A stretch of DNA of 64,000 nt from an uncultured beta proteobacterium (GCA_903959855.1 CAJBYR010000176.1:11472-75471), one strand, 5' to 3'; numbered from the stretch's first letter, positions 53,110 through 62,186 are shown. Program-made: numbers and translations. Notes: generated by a model not told the origin, from the sequence alone.

Positions 53110-54366
53110 ATGCGTGTAATCGTACTTGGCGCCGGCGTAATCGGAGTCACCAGCGCGTGGTACCTGGCGGCGGATGGACATGCCGTGACGGTCGTTGATC
53201 GTCAGCCGGCACCCGCTCAGGAAACCAGTTTTGCCAACGGCGGCCAGATTTCGGTGAGCCATGCCGAGCCTTGGGCCAGCCCCGGTGCGCCGCTGCGGGC
53301 GCTGAAATGGCTGGGGCGCGAGGATGCCCCCCTGCTCTGGCGCTTGCGTGCCGATCCGGCGCAATGGGCCTGGGGCCTGCGCTTTTTGCGCCAATGCACG
53401 GCGGCGCGGGCTCGTGACAACGTCCGCGCCATCGTCAGCCTCGGCCTTGCCAGCCGCAGCGAGTTGCAGGCCCTGCGGCGCAGCCTGGCGCTGGAATACG
53501 ACCACCTCGAACGCGGCATCCTGCACTTCTACACCGATCCGCGCGAGTTCGAGCACGCTCTGCCACAGGCCGCGCTGATGCGCGAGTTCGGTTGCGAGCG
53601 GGTGCCGAAGACGGCGGAGGAATGCCTGGCGATCGAACCGGCGCTGGCGGATTCGCGGGCGCCGGTTGTCGGCGGCACTTACACGGCAGGCGACGAATCC
53701 GGCGATGCGCGGCGCTTTACCGAACTGCTGGCGCGGCACGCTTCGGGGCGCGGCGTGGAGTTTCGCCTGGGGGCAAGCGTCGCCTCGCTGGTGCAGGACG
53801 GCCGCCGCATCGCTGGCGTCCGGCTGGCGTCGGGCGAGACCCTGGCGGCCGATGCGGTCGTCGTTGCACTCGGCAGTTTTTCGCCGCTGCTGCTGAAACC
53901 TCTGGGGCTCGACTTGCCGGTATATCCGGCGAAGGGCTATTCGGCGACCTTGTCCCTGCCCGACGGTGTGATTGCGCCGTCGGTAAGCCTGACCGACGAC
54001 GGCTGCAAGCTGGTGATCTCGCGGCTGGGGAACCGGCTGCGGGTGGCCGGAACGGCCGAGTTTGATGGCTACGACACTGCGCTGAATCCGGCACGCTGCG
54101 CGGCCTTGCGCCGCCGCATCGTCGAGATTTTTCCGTCACTGGCGGCGGTGGATGGCGTCGACTACTGGGCCGGGCTGCGGCCGTCGACTCCGGGAAATGT
54201 GCCGCTCATCGATACGCTGGCGGCGCGTGGTTTCGACGGCTTGTGGCTCAACACCGGCCACGGTACGCTGGGCTGGACCCTGGCCTGCGGTTCGGCGCGC
54301 CTGCTGGCAGATCGCATCGCCGGGCGCGATCCCGGAATCGACGCCCGGCCTTACCAATTCGCCTGA
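53110..54366 (+). CDS. D-amino-acid dehydrogenase-like FAD oxidoreductase
   Basis: Start chosen at ATG 53110. MRVIVLGAGVIGVTSAWYLAADGHAVTVVDRQPAPAQETSFANGGQIS matches the DadA N-terminus (GxGxxG). The track ORF (52711) extension is antisense to msrB. Confidence 0.85.
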   Translation: MRVIVLGAGVIGVTSAWYLAADGHAVTVVDRQPAPAQETSFANGGQISVSHAEPWASPGAPLRALKWLGREDAPLLWRLRADPAQWAWGLRFLRQCTAARARDNVRAIVSLGLASRSELQALRRSLALEYDHLERGILHFYTDPREFEHALPQAALMREFGCERVPKTAEECLAIEPALADSRAPVVGGTYTAGDESGDARRFTELLARHASGRGVEFRLGASVASLVQDGRRIAGVRLASGETLAADAVVVALGSFSPLLLKPLGLDLPVYPAKGYSATLSLPDGVIAPSVSLTDDGCKLVISRLGNRLRVAGTAEFDGYDTALNPARCAALRRRIVEIFPSLAAVDGVDYWAGLRPSTPGNVPLIDTLAARGFDGLWLNTGHGTLGWTLACGSARLLADRIAGRDPGIDARPYQFA

Positions 54367-54414
54367 TCGCCGCAGCTCGGGCGCCGTCCCGGGGGAGACC
54401 GCTTCACACAAGCT

Positions 54415-55599
54415 TCAGTGCAGGTGACGCGGCGTCGCCTCGGTCTGTTCCTCGGGCAGTTCGGCATGCACCGGCTCGCCTTCGGGATTGGGGTAGAGCG
54501 GGGCGCCGCAGTCGTCGCAGAATTCCAGCGGGAAGCGCTGGTCGAGCAGCAGCACGTTGGGCACGCCGGCTTCGCGCAGGGTGGCTTCGATCTGGCCGGG
54601 GGTGTCCTGATTTTCGTCTTCGTGGTCGAGCAGCGGCCAGACTACGCCGTGGACCACCTCGCTGGAGTTTCGCAGGGTAAAGCCGACGCGGTATTCCTCG
54701 AGCTGGCGATCGTGGAAAGGCGCCACGACGGCGCGCAATTCGGCCGCCGGCTGGTTCAGCACCGTCTGCAGAAAGGCAACGGCAGAGCGCAGCGACCAGG
54801 GGCGCGAAGCCCGGTCGGCATCGCGCACGGCGGCGTGGAAGGCCAGCACCGGCATAAACTCGAGGGCGCAGGCGGGGAGCAGCGGGCGCAGGGCGTCGCC
54901 ACCCTGCTTGGCCCACTGGCGAAAGGCTTCCGTGCCATCGCCATCGGCTTCCTGCCAGCGGAACATGGGCTTGTCGCGCGCCGCGGCCACGGCGCCGATC
55001 ACATAGCGGGTATCGGAGAGGAAACTCATGGTTTCACCCAACTGATCCGGCGAGATCTTCAGGTTGCGTCCGTGCACCGCCGCCTTGGCCAGTTTCTCGG
55101 TGAGCTGCGAGGTGTCGACATAGTTTTGCGGCAACTGATCGGGACTGAACAGCACGTCGGCCAGTGCCAGGCGGGCGTCGGCAGCAAGCACGTGGGCCTG
55201 CAACTGGACCCGCAAGGTTTCGAGTTGCACATCCGGTATCGGCCCGGAAGGAATCTGGAAGCGCGACCAGGCCAGCACCGGGGCGGCAAACATGACCACG
55301 TCAAGTCCGGCCGGGCTCTCGGCGCGGCGCGATTCGGCACAGCTTTCAACCATGTCGGCCAGTTCGTCATACGCCCGCGAGCCGGTGCCGTACAGTTGGT
55401 CCAGCACCGCGATCACCGCTTCTTCGTTCTTTTCGCCCAGCAGGCGGTCAATGTGGGTCGCCAGGCGACCTCCCCACCAGGCGTCCTCGATCCGGTTCGA
55501 AGACTGGCTGAGGCCGGTCGCCAGACGCACCAGCAGGTCGGAATCCGGCGTCTGGCGGGCGCGGCGCGGGTGGCGTGTGCGTTTCATTGAGATGTTCAA
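54415..55599 (-). CDS. conserved hypothetical protein (possibly DUF2863 family)
   Basis: 394-aa ORF with ordinary protein composition and a basic N-terminus (MKRTRHPRRARQ). The family assignment is from memory only. The almost co-extensive + strand ORF (54418..55590) has antisense-type G/A/R/V/H/Q-rich composition. Confidence 0.6.
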   Translation of the reverse strand: MNISMKRTRHPRRARQTPDSDLLVRLATGLSQSSNRIEDAWWGGRLATHIDRLLGEKNEEAVIAVLDQLYGTGSRAYDELADMVESCAESRRAESPAGLDVVMFAAPVLAWSRFQIPSGPIPDVQLETLRVQLQAHVLAADARLALADVLFSPDQLPQNYVDTSQLTEKLAKAAVHGRNLKISPDQLGETMSFLSDTRYVIGAVAAARDKPMFRWQEADGDGTEAFRQWAKQGGDALRPLLPACALEFMPVLAFHAAVRDADRASRPWSLRSAVAFLQTVLNQPAAELRAVVAPFHDRQLEEYRVGFTLRNSSEVVHGVVWPLLDHEDENQDTPGQIEATLREAGVPNVLLLDQRFPLEFCDDCGAPLYPNPEGEPVHAELPEEQTEATPRHLH

Positions 55600-55709
55600 G
55601 CCGAGGGGTGAATCAGATAACGGACAAGGATTTTAGCAGCTGGTTCAGGGCTCGGCGGGTATGCATAAGCTGCTAGAATCCAAACGTTTTTTGCCTGCGG
55701 CGGTGCCCC

Positions 55710-56348
55710 ATGTTTTCAAAGTTGATGCCGAAAGAAGTCAAGTTCTTCGATCTCTTCAATGCCCATGCTGATTTGATCGTAAAGGGGGGGCGCCAGTTAG
55801 CGGCCCTGGTCGGTGACCTGAGTCAGGGCCCGAATTTTCTGGCCCAGCATGTCCAGGCCATTGACGAGATCGAGACTTCCGCCGACAAGATCACGCACGA
55901 GGTGATTGCACTGCTGCACACCTCGTTCAACACGCCGCTGGATCGCGATGAAATCCACCAGCTGATCATGCGCATGGACGACATCCTCGATCTGACCCAG
56001 GATTTCGCCGAAGCCATGTACCTGTATGACATTCGCCAGCTGACGCCGGAAGCGCATCAGCTTTCAGATATTGTCGCTTCATGTTGCGAACGTGTCCGCT
56101 CGACGGTGATACTGTTGAACAAGATGGACAACGCGCCGGCGATGCTCAAGCTGTGCCGTGAAATCGACCAGCTTGAATCCGATGCCGACCGCGCCATGCG
56201 TACCGGCATCACCAAGCTGTTCCGCGAAGAGGCGGACGTGCGCCAGCTCATCAAGATGAAAGGCATCTACGAGTTGCTGGAATCGGTGACCGATCGCTGC
56301 AAGGACGTCGCCAACATCGTCGAGGGCATCATCCTCGAGAACTCCTGA
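55710..56348 (+). CDS. DUF47 / PhoU-like phosphate-transport accessory protein (TIGR00153 type)
   Basis: 212 aa. The N-terminus MFSKLMPKEVKFFDLFNAHADLIV and the helical-bundle pattern are typical of the protein encoded upstream of PiT genes. Confidence 0.85.
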   Translation: MFSKLMPKEVKFFDLFNAHADLIVKGGRQLAALVGDLSQGPNFLAQHVQAIDEIETSADKITHEVIALLHTSFNTPLDRDEIHQLIMRMDDILDLTQDFAEAMYLYDIRQLTPEAHQLSDIVASCCERVRSTVILLNKMDNAPAMLKLCREIDQLESDADRAMRTGITKLFREEADVRQLIKMKGIYELLESVTDRCKDVANIVEGIILENS

Positions 56349-56357
56349 TCGCTCGCC

Positions 56358-57365
56358 ATGCAAGCGGTTGAAATAAGCCTGACGGTGATCGTGGTTCTGG
56401 TGGTGTTGGCGCTGGCCTTCGATTTCATGAATGGCTTCCACGATGCGGCCAACTCCATCGCCACAGTGGTTTCGACGGGGGTTCTGAAACCCCACCATGC
56501 GGTCGCCTGGGCGGCGTTCTTCAACGTGGCCGCCGTCATGGTGTTCCAGCTCAAGGTCGCGGCAACCATCGGCAAGGGCACCATCGACCCGGCAATCGTC
56601 GATCACTATGTCGTGTTCGGGGCCCTGATCGGGGCCATCGCCTGGAACATCATCACCTGGTACTACGGCATTCCATCGAGCTCGTCGCATGCACTGATCG
56701 GCGGCCTTGCCGGTGCGGCGATCGCCAAGGCAGGTACAGGCTCGCTGGTCTGGTCCGGGATAGGCAAGGTCATTGCCTTCATCCTCGTTGCGCCCCTGCT
56801 CGGTTTTCTGCTCGGCGGCTTGTTGATGGTGGCTGTGGCGTGGATGGCCAACCGGACCACGCCGCGCCGTGTGGACAAGTCCTTTCGTCGGCTGCAGCTG
56901 GTTTCGGCCGCTTTTTACAGCCTGGGGCACGGCGGCAATGACGCCCAAAAGACCATCGGGATTATCTGGATGCTGCTGATTGCCGCCGGTATTTCCAAGA
57001 CCGGGGAATCGGTTCCGAATTGGGTCATTTTTTCGTGCTACGCGGCGATGGGCCTTGGCACCATGTTCGGCGGCTGGCGCATCGTCAAAACCATGGGTCA
57101 GCGGATTACCAAGCTGCGTCCGGTGGGTGGTTTCTGCGCCGAGACCGGTGGCGCAATCACCCTGTTCATGGCGACCTTCCTTGGAATACCGGTATCCACC
57201 ACGCACACCATTACCGGCGCCATTGTGGGTGTCGGTACCTCTCGCGGGCCCAGCAATGTTCGCTGGAACGTCGCCGGAGGGATCGTCTGGGCCTGGATTC
57301 TGACGATTCCTGCGAGCGGCCTGATCGCTGCCCTGGCTTTCTGGATCGGCCGGCTGGTGCTGTGA
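56358..57365 (+). CDS. inorganic phosphate transporter, PiT family
   Basis: 335 aa with duplicated PiT signature motifs (FDFMNGFHDAANSIATVV and GHGGNDAQKTIG). Confidence 0.9.
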   Translation: MQAVEISLTVIVVLVVLALAFDFMNGFHDAANSIATVVSTGVLKPHHAVAWAAFFNVAAVMVFQLKVAATIGKGTIDPAIVDHYVVFGALIGAIAWNIITWYYGIPSSSSHALIGGLAGAAIAKAGTGSLVWSGIGKVIAFILVAPLLGFLLGGLLMVAVAWMANRTTPRRVDKSFRRLQLVSAAFYSLGHGGNDAQKTIGIIWMLLIAAGISKTGESVPNWVIFSCYAAMGLGTMFGGWRIVKTMGQRITKLRPVGGFCAETGGAITLFMATFLGIPVSTTHTITGAIVGVGTSRGPSNVRWNVAGGIVWAWILTIPASGLIAALAFWIGRLVL

Positions 57366-57700
57366 GCCCATGCCAGTCCTGCGGCGCTTGCTGCGCCAGC
57401 TTTCGCGTGTCCTTTCCCGGCGATGAAGTCGATGCCGCGCCCGGTAGTCGGGTGCCCGAGGCGCTGGTCGAGCCGGTCGGGCGTGACCTGGTCTGCATGC
57501 GCGGTACGGCCGGTTCACCGTCGCGCTGCGTGGCCTTGCGCGGCATCATCGGGCAGTCGGTGTCGTGTGCGATCTACGAGTTTCGTCCGGTGGTTTGTCG
57601 CGATTTTGCGCCGCTGGCCGCGGTCGGTCGCGGTGACGAGGCCTGCAGCGATGCGCGGCGGCGCCATGGCATGCCGCAACTGGATTTCGTAGCGGCATGA
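57362..57700 (+). CDS. YkgJ-family (UPF0153) cysteine-cluster protein
   Basis: GTG 57362 overlaps the PiT stop (GTGA). The product begins (V)SPCQSCGACCASFRVSF and later has CVALRG...CAIYEFRPVVCRDF, the CxxCxxCC...C pattern of YkgJ-type Zn/Fe-binding proteins. Confidence 0.7.
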   Translation: MSPCQSCGACCASFRVSFPGDEVDAAPGSRVPEALVEPVGRDLVCMRGTAGSPSRCVALRGIIGQSVSCAIYEFRPVVCRDFAPLAAVGRGDEACSDARRRHGMPQLDFVAA

Positions 57701-58581
57701 ACCAGCGCATCGCGCCCGGCCCCGCCGCCTTCGGCCTGATGGTGCTGCTATGCGCCATCTGGGGCTTCCAGCAGGTGGCGATGAAGTTCGCTGCCGCCGA
57801 GATCAGCCCCATCATGCAGGCAGCACTGCGTTCCGGCCTCGGTGCCGTGCTGGTGTTCGCCTGGGCGCAGTGGCGCGGCGTGGCGCTGTTCGGCCATGAT
57901 GCCTCGCTATGGCCGGGTCTTCTCGCCGGCCTGCTGTTCGGCCTCGAGTTTGTTTTCATCTTCGTCGGTGTTGACCTGACCACGGTCTCGCGCATGGTGG
58001 TCTTCCTGTACACCGCGCCCTGCTTCACGGTGCTCGGGTTGCACTTCTTCGTCCCCGGCGAGCGCATGGGCTGGCGCCAGTGGGGCGGGGTCATGCTTGC
58101 CTTCGGCGGCCTGGTGCTGGCCTTCATCGACAAGGCCTCGGGCGGCAACGCCCTGGGCGACTTCTTCGGCGTTCTGGCGGCGCTATTCTGGGCGGCAACC
58201 ACCGTGCTAATCCGTGCCACCTCGCTGGCCAGGGTGACCGCAACCAAGGTGCTGCTCTACCAGCTCGTGGTTTCCGCCGCCGTGATGTTTCCGCTGTCCT
58301 GGCTGATGGGCGAGCGCGGAATCGCCGGGCTGTCAGCGCCGACTCTCTGGGCCATGGCCTATCAGATCGTGATCGTGGCCTTCGCCAGCTATCTGGCCTG
58401 GTTCTGGCTGCTGACCCGCTTTCTGGCGGGCCGCCTGCTGGTGTTTTCCTTCCTCACCCCGCTGTTCGGTGTCGGCTTCGGCATGATCCTGATGCGCGAT
58501 CAGCCCAGCCTGCATTTTTTGGCTGCCGCGGCGATGGTGGTCGGCGGCATCGTCCTGGTGAACATGCCGTCACGCAAATGA
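57697..58581 (+). CDS. DMT superfamily transporter (EamA-like)
   Basis: 294 aa with ten hydrophobic helices in two EamA-type halves. ATGA overlap with the preceding gene. Confidence 0.85.
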   Translation: MNQRIAPGPAAFGLMVLLCAIWGFQQVAMKFAAAEISPIMQAALRSGLGAVLVFAWAQWRGVALFGHDASLWPGLLAGLLFGLEFVFIFVGVDLTTVSRMVVFLYTAPCFTVLGLHFFVPGERMGWRQWGGVMLAFGGLVLAFIDKASGGNALGDFFGVLAALFWAATTVLIRATSLARVTATKVLLYQLVVSAAVMFPLSWLMGERGIAGLSAPTLWAMAYQIVIVAFASYLAWFWLLTRFLAGRLLVFSFLTPLFGVGFGMILMRDQPSLHFLAAAAMVVGGIVLVNMPSRK

Positions 58582-59270
58582 GTCCCCGCCACGCCTTCCT
58601 CCTCGGCCTGCGCTCGGTCCTGCCGCTGCTGCTGGGCGTTGCGCCCTTCGGCGTGATCTACGGCGTGATCGCCCTGCAAAGCGGTATTCCGGCGCTGGCC
58701 GCCATGCTGATGTCGAGCATCGTTTTTGCGGGCTCTGCCCAGTTCCTGCTTGCGCAGCTGGTTGGCGCTGGCGCGCCGATGCTGCTCAGCGTCGGCGCCG
58801 TCGGCCTGATCAACCTGCGCCACGCGCTTTACAGCGCCTCGGTGGCGCCCTTGCTGGCACGCCTGCCGCGACGCTGGAAGCTGTTGCTGGCCTACCTGCT
58901 GACCGACGAGGCCTATGCGGCGGCGATTCCGCATCTGCTGCCGGCGCCGGGCAAGCCGGTGGTGGCAATGGCGCACTGGATCCTCTTCGGTTCCGGTTTC
59001 GGATTGTGGGCCGGCTGGCAGGTCTCTACCCTGGTCGGTGTCGTTGTCGGCGCACAACTGCCCGCCGGCCTGGGCCTGGATTTCGCCTTGCCGCTGACAT
59101 TCATCGCCATCGTGGTGCCCATGATCCGCAGTCGCGCCCTGTTGGCTGCCGCGCTGGCTGCGGGGGTGGCAGCGGTGTTGCTGGCGGCGCTGCCGTACAA
59201 GCTTGGCCTGTTTGTAGCCGCGCTGGCCGGGTTGCTGGTCGGCGCCGCGCTGACGGAAAGGCGCACGTGA
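58578..59270 (+). CDS. azlC: AzlC family branched-chain amino acid transport protein
   Basis: Start chosen at ATG 58578, overlapping the EamA stop. MSPRHAFLLGLRSVLPLLLGVAPFGVIYGVIA...FAGSAQF is typical of AzlC. Confidence 0.85.
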   Translation: MSPRHAFLLGLRSVLPLLLGVAPFGVIYGVIALQSGIPALAAMLMSSIVFAGSAQFLLAQLVGAGAPMLLSVGAVGLINLRHALYSASVAPLLARLPRRWKLLLAYLLTDEAYAAAIPHLLPAPGKPVVAMAHWILFGSGFGLWAGWQVSTLVGVVVGAQLPAGLGLDFALPLTFIAIVVPMIRSRALLAAALAAGVAAVLLAALPYKLGLFVAALAGLLVGAALTERRT

Positions 59271-59578
59271 GCATCTGGGTACTGATGGGCGTCTGCGGGG
59301 TGGTCACCTTCCTGATCCGCTATTCCTTCATCGCCGCCGAGGGGCATTACCAACCGCCCAACTGGTTTGTGCGCCTGCTGCCGTTTGTTCCGGTTGCGGC
59401 GCTGACGGCCTTGACGGTGCCGGATCTTGTCGTGGTAGATGGCGCGATTGCGCTTGGGAGCGGAAATTCCCGCCTTTGGGCAGGAGTCATCGCGATCGGT
59501 GTGGCAGCGCTGTGGCGCAATGCGGTTCTGACCATCGGCGTCGGCTTCATGGCTTTTTATCTTCTGCAACGCGTTTGA
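59267..59578 (+). CDS. azlD: AzlD family small membrane protein
   Basis: GTG 59267 overlaps the azlC stop (GTGA). About 103 aa and hydrophobic. VTFLIRYSFI is typical of AzlD. Confidence 0.75.
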   Translation: MSIWVLMGVCGVVTFLIRYSFIAAEGHYQPPNWFVRLLPFVPVAALTALTVPDLVVVDGAIALGSGNSRLWAGVIAIGVAALWRNAVLTIGVGFMAFYLLQRV

Positions 59579-59648
59579 TTCCGACCGTTGCCATCACAGG
59601 TTATGCTTGCTGCCCGCAGCGGTGGCCTGCACGGTCGACCGATACCCG

Positions 59649-60725
59649 ATGAAAGCTGAAACGATGAACTCTCCGATACCGTCCGCCGCCCCGGTCCGCC
59701 TCACTTCCTTTAGCCACGGCGGTGGCTGCGGCTGCAAGATTGCCCCCGGAGTCCTGTCCGAGATCCTGCGTGGTGCGCGCGGCCTGCCGGTGCCAAAAGA
59801 ACTCATGGTGGGTATCGAAACCAGCGACGATGCCGCCGTGTATCGGCTCAACGACGAGCAGGCGCTGATTGCGACCACCGACTTCTTCATGCCCATCGTC
59901 GATGATCCCTACGACTTCGGCCGCATCGCCGCGACCAACGCGATCAGCGATGTGTATGCCATGGGCGGCACGCCCATCATGGCGCTGGCGCTGGTCGGCA
60001 TGCCCATCGACAAGTTGCCGGTCGAAATCATCGGTCGCATCCTCGAAGGCGGCGAAAGCGTTTGCGCGGCGGCGGGCATCCCTATCGCCGGGGGTCATAC
60101 CATCGATTCGGTCGAGCCGATCTATGGCCTCGTTGCACTTGGCCTGGTGCATCCCGACCGGGTCAAGACCAATGCCGGCGCCAGGGCCGGCGACGTCCTG
60201 ATCCTCGGCAAGCCGCTGGGCGTCGGCGTGCTCTCGGCGGCGCTGAAAAAGGGCGCGCTCGATGCCGCCGGTTATGCCTCCATGATCGCCAGCACCACCA
60301 AGCTGAATACGCCCGGCCGCAAACTGGCCTACCTCGATGCCGTGCATGCGCTGACCGACGTCACCGGCTTCGGCCTGCTCGGGCACCTGCTGGAGATCTG
60401 CCGTGGTTCGCAACTATCGGCACATCTGGAGATGGGCGGCATCCCGCTGCTGGCCGACGTGGCGCGACTGGCCACTGCCGGTTACATCACCGGCGCCTCG
60501 GCGCGCAACTGGATGGGCTACGGCGCTGACGTGAATCTCGCCGCCGGAATAGGCGAGATGCAGCGTGCGCTGCTGACCGATCCGCAGACCAGTGGCGGCT
60601 TGCTGGTGGCCTGTGATGCGTCTGTGGCAGATCAGGTGCTGGAGATATTTCGCAGCGAGGGCTTTGATGCCGCTGCCGTGATCGGCCGGCTCGATGCCGG
60701 GCCGGCGCGGGTGTTCGTGGTTTAG
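59649..60725 (+). CDS. selD: selenide, water dikinase (selenophosphate synthetase), Cys-type
   Basis: The motif is LTSFSHGGGCGCKIAPGVLSEIL, with Cys (not a TGA codon) at the catalytic position, plus an AIR-synthase-like fold. The start is ambiguous (ATG 59649 or 59664). Confidence 0.9.
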   Translation: MKAETMNSPIPSAAPVRLTSFSHGGGCGCKIAPGVLSEILRGARGLPVPKELMVGIETSDDAAVYRLNDEQALIATTDFFMPIVDDPYDFGRIAATNAISDVYAMGGTPIMALALVGMPIDKLPVEIIGRILEGGESVCAAAGIPIAGGHTIDSVEPIYGLVALGLVHPDRVKTNAGARAGDVLILGKPLGVGVLSAALKKGALDAAGYASMIASTTKLNTPGRKLAYLDAVHALTDVTGFGLLGHLLEICRGSQLSAHLEMGGIPLLADVARLATAGYITGASARNWMGYGADVNLAAGIGEMQRALLTDPQTSGGLLVACDASVADQVLEIFRSEGFDAAAVIGRLDAGPARVFVV

Positions 60726-61450
60726 GCGGCGAGCAGCAGGTAAACCGTCGGGCGCTTCTCCAGCGCCGGTGTTGCAAGTTTTTTCCAGTCGGCGATGCGA
60801 TGGGTGGCGATGCTTTCGCTTTCAAGGCTGAGGTCGGTCGCAAGGCACAGCCGCGTTCCCGGTTTGCAGGTTTGCAACAGGGCCGCAAGCAGCGCCTGAT
60901 TGCGGTAGGGCGTCTCGATGAAAAGTTGCGTCTGTGCCTGGCGCGCCGATTCGGCTTCGAGTTCGGCAATGCGCTTGCTGCGATCCGGCTCCCTTGCCGG
61001 CAGGTAGCCGTGGAAGGCGAAGCGCTGTCCATCCAGCCCGGAGGCCATCAAGGCCAGCAGCAGCGAAGAGGGGCCCACCAGCGGGCGGACCGGAATGCCG
61101 ATTTCGTGGGCGCGTCGCACCAGCAGCGCGCCCGGGTCGGCGACTGCCGGACAACCCGCCTCGGACATCAGGCCCAGGTCATGGCCGGCAAGCAGGGGGG
61201 CCAGCAAGCGCTCGATGTCGGCGGCAGTCAGCTTTTCCGGCAACTGCTCGATCTGCAGTTCCCGCAAGGGTGTGGGGTGATCCAGGCGCTTGAGTTCGGC
61301 GCGCGCTGTCTTTGCGTTTTCGACCACGAAATGGCTCAGGCGGCAGGCGGCTTCGCGAGTTTCAGGAGGCAGATAGGTTTCCCAGGCTGCATCGCCCAGC
61401 GCTACCGGCAGCAGCCAGAGTGTACCGGCCACCTTAGCGTAAAACAACAA
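60722..61450 (-). CDS. SAM-dependent methyltransferase, tetrapyrrole-methylase (RsmI-like) fold
   Basis: 242 aa. GTLWLLPVALGD and LGLMSEAGCPAVADPG are motifs of the TP_methylase family. Its 3' end overlaps selD by 4 nt (convergent). Confidence 0.75.
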   Translation of the reverse strand: MLFYAKVAGTLWLLPVALGDAAWETYLPPETREAACRLSHFVVENAKTARAELKRLDHPTPLRELQIEQLPEKLTAADIERLLAPLLAGHDLGLMSEAGCPAVADPGALLVRRAHEIGIPVRPLVGPSSLLLALMASGLDGQRFAFHGYLPAREPDRSKRIAELEAESARQAQTQLFIETPYRNQALLAALLQTCKPGTRLCLATDLSLESESIATHRIADWKKLATPALEKRPTVYLLLAA

Positions 61451-61470
61451 GAAGGGTCGCTGGTGATATC

Positions 61471-61520
61471 GAGCGCAGCGAGCCGTTCAGGAACCCCCCG
61501 CGAGGGGGGCAAAGGGGGGC
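61471..61520. repeat. intergenic repeat copy B: GAGCGCAGCGAGCCGTTCAG box plus GC hairpin
   Basis: It lies between maf and the methylase gene. The box gagcgcagcgagccgttcag (61471-61490) is followed by the hairpin cccccc-gcga-gggggg (61494-61509) and a second G6 run. It has the same orientation and same box-then-hairpin architecture as copy A. Confidence 0.45.
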
Positions 61521-61604
61521 GGACCGAGTTTGCCCGCTCATGGCAAGACAGGGGTGCAAACGTTTCATGATGTGCAGGCGCTTACAGAAGCCACGAGCGT
61601 TGGG

Positions 61605-62186
61605 TCAGGGCAAGGCTACGCCGGCCTTGCGCAGCATGTCGCAAAGCGCGATCAGCGGCAGGCCGATCAGGGCATTCGGGTCGTCGCCGCGAAGATAGGC
61701 GAGCAGGGTAATGCCCAGGCCCTCGGATTTGGCGCTGCCGGCGCAGTTGAGTGCGTCTTCCTTGTCGAGATAGGCTTCGATCTCGGCATCGCTCAGGTCG
61801 CGAAAGCCGACGTGAATGTCGATGCAGCGGGTTTGCGCGGCGCCGCTTGCGGCATCAAGCAGGCAAAGGCCGGTGTGGAATACCACCTCCTTGCCACGCA
61901 TGGCGCGCAGTTGGACGATGGCATTGGCGCGGGTTCCGGGCTTGCCGAAGCGCTGCGTGCCCTGGGCGGCCACCTGGTCCGAGCCGATGATCAGGGCGTC
62001 GGGGTAGGCATCGGCGACGGCGCGGGCCTTTGCTTCGGCCAGGCGCAAGGCGGTAGCCTCCGGGGCCTCGCCCGGCAGGGCAGATTCATCGGCCAGAGGC
62101 GCCACGGTTTCAAAGGGGATTCGCAGGCGTTCAAGCAACTCGCGGCGATAGGGTGAAGTCGAGGCGAGAACGAGGCGGCGAGCCAT
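61605..62186 (-). CDS. Maf-like nucleoside triphosphate pyrophosphatase (YceF type)
   Basis: Start chosen at ATG 62186. [21 protein letters not shown] is the canonical Maf N-terminus. It is divergent from yceD-rpmF-plsX, as in E. coli. Confidence 0.88.
   Translation of the reverse strand: MARRLVLASTSPYRRELLERLRIPFETVAPLADESALPGEAPEATALRLAEAKARAVADAYPDALIIGSDQVAAQGTQRFGKPGTRANAIVQLRAMRGKEVVFHTGLCLLDAASGAAQTRCIDIHVGFRDLSDAEIEAYLDKEDALNCAGSAKSEGLGITLLAYLRGDDPNALIGLPLIALCDMLRKAGVALP

Noticed and set aside
54418-55590. 390-aa + strand ORF almost exactly co-extensive with the 394-aa minus-strand ORF
   Set aside because: It is a mirror ORF. The plus-strand translation is low-complexity (G, A, R, V, H, Q, L runs such as GAAVVAEFQREALVEQQHVGHAGFAQGG), whereas the minus-strand product looks like a normal protein. 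I kept the minus-strand gene.
61494-61520. G-runs (GGGGGG ... GGGGGG) as a G-quadruplex element
   Set aside because: Only two long G-runs are present, and the first pairs perfectly with the preceding C6 run. A hairpin is the simpler reading.
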